Of a stretch of DNA of 19,230 nt, positions 9,652 through 19,230 are shown piece after piece. Location of the stretch: positions 1-19,230 of the forward strand of contig NW_021824339.1 in NCBI RefSeq assembly GCF_006345805.1, written 5' to 3'. Made by a program: the position numbers and the translations under genes. This DNA is from Octopus sinensis (Eukaryota). The notes under the pieces were generated by a model, which was not told the DNA's origin, ran no database searches, and saw nothing but the letters and a program-made list of their open reading frames with translations. The first letter of the stretch is position 1. The number at the start of each line of letters is the position of its first letter.

Positions 9652-9825
9652 GCGAATGTCTTCCCTTCTTTGGATCTTTCCTTCTCTTATGTTTCCGACG
9701 AAGAGCTCCGCTCGAAACGTTAAACCCTCCTTCTTTCCTTCCTTCCTGAGCGTCCAATAATACTATATTTGTTCCACGTCCTCGCGTTGTTGTGTTTTTT
9801 TGTGCTTTCTTGTTTGGATTAACTT
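9652..9825 (+). mobile_element. Penelope-like terminal-repeat fragment inserted in the SINE's CA/TA tract
   Basis: Absent from all other family A copies here, contains a minimal hammerhead motif, and abuts (TA)n. Confidence 0.65.
9691..9725 (+). ncRNA. Minimal type I hammerhead ribozyme-like motif (core variant)
   Basis: Stem I GTTT/AAAC, core CCGACGA (consensus CUGANGA, U4>C) plus an extra A, stem II GAGC-TCC-GCTC, GAAA, palindromic loopless stem III ACGT, cleavage triplet GUU. Confidence 0.65.
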
Positions 9826-9850
9826 TATATATATATATATATATATAGAT

Positions 9851-9887
<37 letters not shown>

Positions 9888-10147
9888 CGACGGGCTTCTT
9901 TCAGTTTTCATCTACCAAACCATTTACAAGGCTTTGGTCAGCTCGAGGCTATAGTAGAAGACACTTGCCCAAGGTTGCCACGCAGTGGGACTGAACCCAG
10001 AACCATGTGATTGGTAACCAAGCTACTTACCACACAGCCACTCCTACATGTATTTTCTACAGAATTATCCTAGTTCTATGGTTTAACTTCCAGATCTTTC
10101 CATTATATATGCCTTAAAACTCTTGATACCAACTCACTCGAGATCAT

Positions 10148-10175
10148 GCCGCTACGTTCTGAGTTCAAATTCCGA
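10148..10175 (+). mobile_element. SINE family B B-box fragment
   Basis: GCCGCTACGTTCTGAGTTCAAATTCCG is the reverse complement of about 18635-18661. Confidence 0.75.
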
Positions 10176-10218
10176 CAGGGGGAGAAGAGGAAAAAAGGAT
10201 CAGAGAAAGGGAGAGAGT

Positions 10219-10380
10219 GGCTTCTACAAAGTTTGCGTCCACCAAATTCACTTACAAGGCATTAATCTTCCCGGGGGCTATAGTAGAAGACAATTGCCTA
10301 AGGTGCCACGTGGAGGGACTGTTCTCGAAACAACGTGGTTGCAAAAGCGATCTTCTTAACCCACGGCCATACTCGTGCCT
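10219..10380 (-). mobile_element. Diverged SINE family A 5' half
   Basis: GGCTTCT...CCAAATTCACTTACAAGGC...GGCTATAGTAGAAGACAATTGCCTAAGGTGCCACG...GGGACTG is colinear with family A. Confidence 0.85.
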
Positions 10381-10873
10381 ATTAATATCTCTAATATATT
10401 TATGAAACAGCTAAAGTATTGATGTCAATTAACTTGTTGTTTATATTTTTCTCGGTTTATGTAATATTCTAATGCATCCGTAATAGTCCTTCCTACATTA
10501 TCTTTTATCTGCATCTGTTAGAATCCGTCTCGTTCATTGATTCCTAAGTAGTTTTACGTTCCTGTGTTTAGTCCAATTCTCTTATCGTCATATCTTTATC
10601 TAACATGCTATTAACGCTTTTTAAAATGTCATCCCATCTCTAAAGATAATGTCACGCTGAGCTCTGAGTGTAACAAGGTTTCCAGCTGTTTGATATCTGT
10701 TTGAATCGACCAGACCTGTGTATGATAAACGGCCTTCCAGCCGAGACCTTGTTCGTTTTATATGCTGATCTGTTATAAAAAGTAGGCTAGGTTTTCAAAT
10801 CGGTGAGGTGGGAATTGAGGGAGACTTTGCCACTAGTTTTAGCAGGTCGGGGGATGAAATAAAGGCTTCTTTG

Positions 10874-11297
10874 TTACTTTACTTTTACTTTACTTTTACT
10901 TGTTTCAGTCATTTGACTGCGGCCATGCTGGAGCACCGCCTTTAGTCGAGCAAATCAACCCCGGGACTTATTCTTTGTAAGCCCAGTATTTATTCTATCG
11001 GTCTCTTTTGCCGAACCGCTAAGTGACGGGGACATAAACACACCAGCATCGGTTGTCAAGCAATGCTAGGGGGAAACACAGACACACAAACATATACACA
11101 CACATACATACATATATATATGTACACATATATACGACAGGCTTCTTTCAGTTTCCGTCTACCAAATCCACCCACAAGGCATTGGTTGGCCCGAGGCTAT
11201 AGCAAAAGACACTTGCCCAAGGTGCCACACAGTGGGACTGAACCCGGAACCGTGTGTTGGTTAGCAAGCTACTCACCACATCCACACTCCTGCGCCT
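10874..11297 (-). mobile_element. SINE family A, full length
   Basis: Full head (AGGCGCAGGAG on minus) through the tail repeat; near-identical to 18727-19131. Confidence 0.95.
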
Positions 11298-11330
11298 ATT
11301 GTTGTCTCAATCATATTAAATTTATAATTA

Positions 11331-11457
11331 TTTCTTTGTTGCCCACAAGGGGCTAAACATAGAGGGGACAAATAAGGACAGACAAAGGGGTTGAGTCGAT
11401 TAGATTGACTCCAGTACGTAACTGGTACTTAATTTATCGACCCCGAAAGGATGAAAG
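11331..11457 (-). mobile_element. SINE family B 3' portion (5'-truncated)
   Basis: Matches 18492-18618 (CCCACAAGGGGCTAAACA...GGTACTTAATTTATCGACCCCGAAAGGATGAAAG). Confidence 0.9.
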
Positions 11458-11570
11458 TACTTATTCTATCGATCTCTTTTGCCGAACCTCTAAGTTACGG
11501 GTACGTAAACACACCAGCATCGGTTGTCAAGCGATGTTGGGGGACAAACACACACATACACACACACACA

Positions 11571-11603
<33 letters not shown>

Positions 11604-11747
11604 ATATATACATATGCACATATACGACGAGCTTCTTTCAGTTTCCGTCTACCAAATCCACTCACAAAGCATTGGTCGGCCCGAGGCTATAGTAGAAGAC
11701 ACTTGCCCAAGGTGCCACGCAGTGGGACTGAAGCCGGAACCATATGG
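11456..11747 (-). mobile_element. SINE family A internal portion, lacking tail and A box
   Basis: Matches family A from AGTACTTATTCTATCG to GGAACCAT. Confidence 0.92.
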
Positions 11748-12029
11748 CATCATGACTACCCGTCTGATAAGAGTGCACCAGGCACATGCATCACAACCAT
11801 ATGTGCCCGACATGGTGATCTTATATCAAGATAAACAGCACATGACCGGCACAAGACCAGTTAGAATTTTCTTCAGGTCGAGTAGCTCATCCCGCCCAAA
11901 AGGTCCCTGAATAAGGTTTTGTTTAAGGATGATAAAGAAAACACCCATGTTTCCAGAAGTGAATTATTCAAACCCCAAAGAATTCTTCTCAACACATGGG
12001 TATGATGTTCCCCCACTACTTCTGCTCGT
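11748..12029. mobile_element. Unclassified interspersed-repeat-like segment abutting the truncated SINE head
   Basis: Complex sequence with a sharp junction to SINE A on the left and a TAT/GTT tract on the right. It resembles a common Octopus repeat from memory only, and there is no second copy in the window. Confidence 0.3.
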
Positions 12030-12135
12030 ATTACTAGTATTATTATTATTATTATTATTGTTGTTGTCGTCGTTGTTGTTGTCATTGTTGTTGTTACAGC
12101 AACAATGGTAACAACTTCATCATCAACAACAATAT

Positions 12136-12470
12136 CAAATGCGCCGAGGCAACCTTGAAAAGCAGGAAAAATTAATTAAGAACACGCTAATACGATGCCA
12201 GATAAAGAAAGTGAGATGAGAGAGAATTAGACCAAAACAACAGACATGCAAATATTTGGCAATCAATGGTGTGGACTGTATACAACAGATACTAATGAAA
12301 AGATAGATTAAAAAGAACACCATAGACGCATTAGATTAATACATAAAACAGAGCTAAATGCAAAAAACAAGGTTATAGGTATCAATACCCTGGCTGTTTC
12401 AGTAATAGGTTATAGTTATGATAGTCTCAATTGAATGCTAAACAAACTAGAAGGACTAGACAGTAAAAAA
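12136..12470 (+). pseudogene. Decayed non-LTR retrotransposon RT C-terminal/thumb fragment, R4/Dong-like
   Basis: Joined frames give KCAEATLK / RELDQ / QTCKYLAINGVDCIQQILMKR*IKK / EHHRRIRLIHKTELNAKNKVIGINTLAVSVIGYSYDSLN*MLNKLEGLDSK, matching YKYLG...RR.R.IL.TELN.KNK..AIN.LA.PV..YS....W....L..LD.K. Stops and frameshifts are present. Confidence 0.85.
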
Positions 12471-12494
12471 TAAAATAAAAGCAAGTTATAATAA

Positions 12495-12695
12495 TATTGG
12501 TTTGAAATTTTTGGTACTTGGCCAACGGTTTTTGAAGGGAGGGGAATTCGAGTTGGTCAGCTTCTGCTGCTCAAATGGTTCTCGTTTTATTGACTTACGA
12601 AAGGATGAAAGGCAAAAGTCGAACTCGGTGGTAAAGCTGGGAGAAATGCTACGAAAAGAAGTTTGTTCGGCTGTCCTAACCATTCTGTGAGTTCA
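12495..12695 (-). mobile_element. Highly diverged SINE family B copy
   Basis: CGAAAGGATGAAAGGCAAAAGTCGAACTCGGTGG and CTAACCATTCTG match family B blocks. Confidence 0.7.
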
Positions 12696-12715
12696 GTCTT
12701 CTTTTTTTGTCAAAT

Positions 12716-12943
12716 GATAATAATAATAATAACGATGATGATGATGATGATGACAATGATGACGACAACGATGATGACGATGATGATGATGATGACGATG
12801 ACGATGATGATGATGAAGATGATGATGATGATGACGATGACGATGATGATGATGACGATGACGATTATGATGATGATGATGATGATGATGATGATGTCGA
12901 TGACGATGATGATGATGACGATGCCGATGATGATGATGATGAC

Positions 12944-12974
<31 letters not shown>

Positions 12975-13207
12975 TCGATGACGATAATGATGATGAGGAT
13001 GATGATAATGATGATGATGATGATGATGATGACGACGATGATGACGACGGTGATGATGATGATGTTGATGATGATGATGTCGATGACGATGATGACGATG
13101 ATGATGACGATGATGTTGATGGTGATGATGATGATGATGACGATGATGATGACGATGATGATGATGATGATGATGATGACGACGATGATGTTGATGATGA
13201 TGATGAT
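12716..13207. repeat. (AAT)n followed by a long (GAT/GAC)n array
   Basis: Directly visible, about 490 bp. Confidence 0.95.
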
Positions 13208-13863
13208 ACTCTAAGCGAGTATCTTCTTACAATATGGTTTCATCAGTTTCAAAATACACTTCCACCCAGACACTTTCGACCCACTCGAAACGTTTACATT
13301 TCCAACAATGACTGCAATAATGTTACAACAAAAACCTTTAGACTATTGGGCTGTCACATGAATTCGTTGTTTATTTTCCTACTAGACTCTCCATTGCTAA
13401 ATGTCTATAAAGAATTAAAAGTTATTCAAATTTCAAACCCTACGATCGAAATATTATTTGTGCCAATTCAAATAACAAGAAAGAAATTAAGTAATTTTTC
13501 TGACAATCCAATATTTGGTTTTCCACCGTTGTTTTTGGTTTTCCACTGAAAAGGGGTAAAATTTAATAAAATTTCAGAAGTCTTAAACAAGAAAAAGAAT
13601 AGAGCTACAAAAGCAACAACAAATAAAACCCTGTAAAACACTGTTATAAAATATATATTTCGTCTTAATTTAAGCAATATCTGAAACGATTAAAACAAAT
13701 AAGGAAAAAATGAATTTATCTGATAACCGAATATTTTGCTTTAATTTATTTATGACATTACGTGAAAAGCAAAAAAAGAAAATGCTTCATATCATTGTTT
13801 ATTGAAATTCGCCAAAAAGGATTTTTAGAGTATTTCAACCTTTTCTTTTCCTTTAGTTTCAAA

Positions 13864-13905
<42 letters not shown>

Positions 13906-14314
13906 TTATACATATTTATAGACATATGTCTGTGTGTGTATACAAATGCGGGTATATACTCGTATGTGTACGTATGTCATTGTTGGGGAATGTAAATACG
14001 CTATTACCAAGGTACATAATTAATTAATTTCAAGAGAGATGACTTAATTACTCAAGGGATCTGCAATGCTTTTAATTTTAGTCGATATTTGTCTATGAAT
14101 TACTTTCCTTTATTATATTCTCTGCTGTTCCGTTCTTCGATCGCTCTTTTGGTAAAGACGGAAAGTAATAAGATCAATCCACATTCTTTCACACAATTAT
14201 CCTTGTGCAGACTCAGGAGACTATTTCTTGTACATGCTTGCTTAATTTGCTGACGCTGTTGTGTTATTCATGTTTGGCTGACATGAAGTTCTCCGCGAAC
14301 TTTGCATGTTAAGG

Positions 14315-14916
<602 letters not shown>

Positions 14917-15048
14917 AAATATTACACACACACACACATATTTGGTTAATGAGAAACAAAAATGGAAGATGCAAGAACTATCAATCGCTGAGAAATTATT
15001 CGAGCTTCACTAGTAAGCTACCAAATATAAACAATTCGTTTTATCATC

Positions 15049-15085
<37 letters not shown>

Positions 15086-15090
<5 letters not shown>

Positions 15091-15333
15091 GGCACGCAGA
15101 GAGTGCAAACTTTACGCTAAAGCAACACCAACGTCCACTCAACGATTAATCAGAGATGATTTTTACAATGAGAATATCTGAAATAAACTCAACTGCTCTC
15201 ACAAACGAGAATACTAAAAATGAACTCGACCGCTCTCAAAAATTGAGTAAAAAAATAAGGAAAATAATCTAGAATCCTTGTCTGGTATCAGATAGATCTC
15301 AAAATCTAATCAGTTTCTGCAAGTCACGAAGCC
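15086..15333. mobile_element. Possible Helentron/DINE-like non-autonomous element fragment
   Basis: Starts in a (TAA)n tract with AACAAG and a short hairpin GCAC-GCAGAGA-GTGC, has an internal 37-bp tandem duplication (15170-15243) and adjoins a tetranucleotide array. The family is inferred from architecture. Confidence 0.4.
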
Positions 15334-15623
15334 ACTCACTCACTCACTCATTCACTCACTCACTCACTCACTCACTCACTCGCTCACTCACTTACTCACC
15401 CACTCACTCAACCACTCAACCACTCAACTACTCACTCACTCACTCACTCACTCAACCACTCACTCACTCACACTCTAGATCACTCACTCACTCACTCACT
15501 CACTCACTCACTCACTCACTCACGCACTCACTCACTCACTTACTCACTCACTCACTCGATCACTCACTCACTTGCTCACTCACTCACTCACTCGCTCACT
15601 CACTCACTCACACACACACACTC
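15333..15623. repeat. (CACT)n microsatellite
   Basis: Directly visible. Confidence 0.95.
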
Positions 15624-16049
15624 AATTAATCAATCGTTCAATCAATCACTGTCTAAATGCATTAAAACAATCGATATACCGCCAAGGATGAGTGAGACAG
15701 CAGAAGCTGAGAGCACTAACTCAACTTATGTCGTCCTAAAACACCGCAACACTTGGTTAAACATCTACCTTTGTGGCATATTAAATATCATAGCGCCATT
15801 TTTCACGCATCGTACTCAAACAGAAAAGGCAAATAAAATGGCTACCGTGAATTTATACACACACGTATGTATGTATATGTATTTGTATATGTATGTTTGC
15901 ATGTATATAAAGAGTGAAGAATATGTATTGAGCAAAGAATGTTCGCCAAATTGCCAATCTATCAGCTAAAACAAACACTTTGTCTAAAACACACGAAATA
16001 CACAGAAAGCGAGTGAGTGGGAGACAGAGGGGTGTGTGTAAGTATGCAC

Positions 16050-16078
16050 GCATATACATACTACATACATACGTGTTA

Positions 16079-16122
<44 letters not shown>

Positions 16123-16149
16123 GTGTGTATTATATAGTATATATATATG

Positions 16150-16182
<33 letters not shown>

Positions 16183-16380
16183 ATATATTTGTACGTATAT
16201 TATATGGATATATATATATATATATGTGATCTATATATATACATACATACATATTATATATGTATGTGTTATATATATATATAATGTAGGTATGTATGTA
16301 TATATATGTATGTATGTATATATATATGTATATATATACATATGTACATATACATCTGTATATGTATATAATATATATAT

Positions 16381-16437
<57 letters not shown>

Positions 16438-16505
16438 AGATACATACATATAGGTATGTGTATGGATATGCATGTATGCATATGTGTGCGTGTGTGTTAT
16501 GTGTG
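16050..16505. repeat. Degenerate (TA)n/(TATG)n field
   Basis: Directly visible. Confidence 0.93.
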
Positions 16506-16614
16506 TATTCGTACATAGGTAGAAGAGATTCAATAGGTGGCGCGTGTGTGAAATAAGGAAAAAAATCGTAAGTCAAACAATGATTTGAAAGAACTGTTTG
16601 CACAGGAAATAATA

Positions 16615-16795
16615 AGAGAGAGAGGGGGAGAGAGAGAGTAGGGGAGAGAGGAGAGAGAAGAAAGAGAGGGGAGAGAAAGAGAAAGAAAGAGTGATGAAAG
16701 AGAGAGAGAGTGAGCAAGACAGGGAGAGAGAGAGGAGAGGGAGAGATGGAGAGAGAGAAAGAGAGATGTGAGAATGAAGTCTGGGAGTAAGAATG

Positions 16796-16826
<31 letters not shown>

Positions 16827-17212
16827 AACAAAGAGAAACAGAAAGGAGAGAAAGTAAAGATTTGGAGCAAAAGAGACGGAGAGGAACAGAGACTGAAAGG
16901 GAGAGATGGAGAGAGAGAATGGGAGAGATGAGGGAGAGGGGGATAGAAAGAGAAAGAAACAAGGATGAGAGAGAATGAGTAAAAGAGAATGAGATGAGAG
17001 ATGAGAGAGTAACTATAGAATGAGAAAGAGAGCGAGTGAGCAACACAGGGAGAGAGAGGGGAGAGGGAGAGACAGAGAGAAAGAGAGTGAGAGTGATGTG
17101 AGAATGGGAGTAAGAAAGAAACAAATAGAGAGAGAGAGAGAAACAGAGAGAAACAGAAAGGAGAGAAAGTAAAGACTGAAAGGGAGAGATGGAGAGAGAG
17201 AGAGAGAGAGAG
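16615..17212. repeat. GA-rich polypurine tract with internal long direct repeat
   Basis: About 600 bp, almost all purine on the plus strand; blocks repeat at about 16700-16920 and 17027-17200. Confidence 0.9.
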
Positions 17213-17560
17213 ACCTCAGCTTCAATTAAGAGATAGGAGAGTAGCAGAAATATTGATTTTTCTGTTTAACCAGGCAGTAACCCTCAACTGTATAATATAA
17301 GGTAAAACAAGATGAAATACTGTGGCAATCAAACCTTTTATCCAATGCTATAAGCGACCTTCACTCCCGACCAAAATTTAATATCTACAAGCAACAATCA
17401 ATACAGTCTGGTAACAACTTGTTTTTGTATTTCTTTTTTTGACCAATTCTATCATCTCTGGTCATTGAAAATAGATACCGATAGAACGCCGACTTTCCGG
17501 ACATTAATGGTCCGGAACCTTCTGTAATGTGCGCAAATTTTACGAACAAAAATTCCAAAT

Positions 17561-17610
17561 GGCGGTGCCCCAGCATGGCCACGGCTCAAGAGCTGAAACT
17601 GGAAAGCATA
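17561..17610 (+). mobile_element. Variant SINE/LINE 3' tail homologous to the family A tail
   Basis: GGCGGTGCCCCAGCATGGCCACGGCTCAAGAGCTGAAAC versus family A sense GGCGGTGCTCCAGCATGGCCGCAGTCAAATGACTGAAAC. Confidence 0.8.
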
Positions 17611-17675
17611 AACATTCCCTCGGCCACCAGACAGCTTTTCTAAGCGGCCCAGTTTCACATTACTTCGATCTCTCT

Positions 17676-17883
17676 CTTTTTTACTCTTTTACTCTCTTTT
17701 ACTTGTTTCAGTCATTTGACTGCGGCCATGCTAGAGCACCACCTTTAGTCGAGCAAATCGACCCCGGGACTTATTCTTTTTGTAAGCCCAGTACTTATTC
17801 TATCGGTCTCTTTTTGCCGAACCTCTAAGTAACGGGGACGTAAACACACCAGCATCGGTTGTCAAGCAATGCTAGGGGGACAA

Positions 17884-17914
<31 letters not shown>

Positions 17915-18098
17915 CATTAATATATATATTCACATATATACGACAGGCTTCTTTCAGTTTCCGTCTACCAAATCCACTCACAAGGTATTGGTCGGCCCGA
18001 GGCTATAGCAGAAGACACTTGCCCAAGATGCCACGCAGTGGGACTGAACCCGGAACCATGTGGTTGGTAAGCAAGTTACTTACCACACAGCCACTCCT
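17676..18098 (-). mobile_element. SINE family A, near full length
   Basis: A and B boxes, CORE-like block, internal CA/TA tract and tail repeat. Confidence 0.95.
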
Positions 18099-18155
18099 CT
18101 ACAATATTAACAAACTTCTTTCTTTTATATTAACGTGCAGGTATCTGCGCCAGCA

Positions 18156-18329
18156 CTAATGGGGGGTTTCTTCAAATGCAGTCGCTCTATGCATGACTGC
18201 CACTCCCGTGTGGGCCCCTAAAGTCGTAGCAGAAGCTGTACCATCACAAACAACTGATACAAGTTTTCCAGAGGCATGTCCATAGTCCCTTGAAACCGAC
18301 AGATACCTATCTGTAACTGCGTCTCGTTT
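18156..18329 (-). pseudogene. Probable hAT-superfamily transposase remnant
   Basis: Open minus frame KRDAVTDRYLSVSRDYGHASGKLVSVVCDGTASATTLGAHTGVAVMHRATAFEETPH*. One frameshift gives DMPLE-KLVSVVCDG...LGAHTGVA...MHR, resembling the hAT catalytic x-DGA-x-x-M-x-G...GV motif. Confidence 0.45.
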
Positions 18330-18330
18330 A

Positions 18331-18711
18331 ATTCTTTTCTACTCTAGGCACAAGGCTCGAAATTTCTGGGGAGGGCCCAGTCGATTAGATCGACCCCAGT
18401 ACGCAACCGGTACTTAATTTATCTACCCGGAAAGGCAAAGTCGACCTCGGCGGAATTTGAACTCAGAACGTAACGGCAGACGAAATACCTATTTCTTTAC
18501 TACCCACAAGGGGCTAAACACAGAGGGGACAAACAAGGACAGACAAACGGATTAAGTCTATTACATCGACCCCAGTGCGTAACTGGTACTTAATTTATCG
18601 ACCCCGAAAGGATGAAAGGCAAAGTCGACCTCGGCGGAATTTGAACTCAGAACGTAGCGGCAGACGAAATACCGCTAAGCATTTCGCCCGGCGTGCTAAC
18701 GATTCTGCCAG
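18331..18711 (-). mobile_element. SINE family B, dimeric (tRNA-related head, Meta/Sauria-like central domain)
   Basis: Minus strand: A-box-like TGGCAGAATCG, B box GAGTTCAAATTCC, GTCGACTTTGCCTTTCATCCTTTCGGGGTCGATAAATTAAGTACCAG. The block from GGTATTTCGTCTGCCG onward occurs twice, with different tails. Confidence 0.92.
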
Positions 18712-18726
18712 ATCACATATTCTATA

Positions 18727-19131
18727 CTCTCTCTCTTACTCTCTTACTTGTTTCAGTCATTTGACTGCGGCCATGCTGGAGCACCGTCTTTAATCGAATA
18801 ACTCGACCCCGGGACTTATTCTTTGTAAGCCCAGTACTTATTCTATCGGTCTCTTTTTGCCGAACCGCTAAGTGACGGGGACGTAAACACACCAGCATCG
18901 GCTGTCAAGCAATGCTAGGGGGACAAACACAGGCACACACACACACATACATATATATACTTATATACGACAGGCTTCTTTTAGTTTCCGTCTATCAAAT
19001 CCACTCACAAGGCATTGGTCGGCCCGGGGCTATAGCAGAAGACACTTGCCCAAGATGCCGCGCAGTGGGACTGAACCCGGAACCATGTGGTTGGTTAGCA
19101 AGCTACTTACCACACAGCCACTCCTGCGCCT
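18727..19131 (-). mobile_element. SINE family A, full length
   Basis: Complete head AGGCGCAGGAGTGGCTGTGTGG, B box GGTTCAGTCCC and tail repeat. Confidence 0.95.
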
Positions 19132-19155
19132 ATATTGGTTTCTACATTAATTTAC

Positions 19156-19230
19156 GGAGGCGCGTGACTTAGTGGTTATGGCGTAGTGGTTAGAGTGCTG
19201 GACTCCCGAGCGTAAGATTCTGGTTTCGAT
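19156..19230 (+). mobile_element. SINE family C head (runs off the window)
   Basis: GGAGGCGCGTGACTTAGTGGTTA...CGTAAGATTCTGGTTTCGAT is homologous to 3564-3624. Confidence 0.85.

Larger units (their letters stand above)
9427..10045 (-). mobile_element. tRNA-derived SINE family A (CORE-like), interrupted by an insertion at 9652-9825
   Basis: Minus-strand A box TGGCTGTGTGG, B box GGTTCAGTCCC, CORE-like CTTGGGCAAGTGTCTT, internal microsatellite and GAGTAAA-like tail. Highly similar to four other full copies in the window. Confidence 0.93.

Noticed and set aside
10640-10860. Possible old interspersed repeat fragments
   Set aside because: No second copy in the window and no diagnostic termini, so it cannot be supported from the sequence alone.
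12707-13549. 280-aa poly-Asp ORF, superficially like acidic biomineral proteins
   Set aside because: Derived from a (GAT/GAC)n microsatellite; no signal peptide, and the C-terminal part reads as AT-rich non-coding sequence. Only transcript evidence would rescue it.
18141-18221. Plus-strand exon after a polypyrimidine/CAG acceptor at 18140
   Set aside because: All three frames hit stops within about 80 nt and no good donor is apparent.

Overview
AT-rich, repeat-dense eukaryotic non-coding DNA, intronic or intergenic. The SINE families resemble those I recall from Octopus (coleoid cephalopod); this is inference, not a database result. I find no intact protein-coding gene, and nearly all long ORFs in the track are translations of microsatellites. 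Contents: (i) about 17 full or partial tRNA-derived SINE pieces of three families (here A, B, C), strongly biased to the minus strand, including chimeras and a dimer; (ii) a TA-flanked Tc1/mariner (Tc2/pogo-type) MITE; (iii) two convergent non-autonomous Helitrons; (iv) decayed coding remnants of a Penelope GIY-YIG endonuclease, an R4/Dong-like LINE reverse transcriptase and probably a hAT transposase; (v) a Penelope-type terminal-repeat fragment with a minimal hammerhead-ribozyme fold, nested inside a SINE; (vi) many long microsatellites, some as inverted pairs; (vii) a few short unique islands with enhancer-like motif clusters. The most notable items are the nested hammerhead, the covarying SINE 3' hairpin, the tail-to-tail Helitrons and the SINE orientation bias. 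I cannot support a wholly new multi-gene system here.
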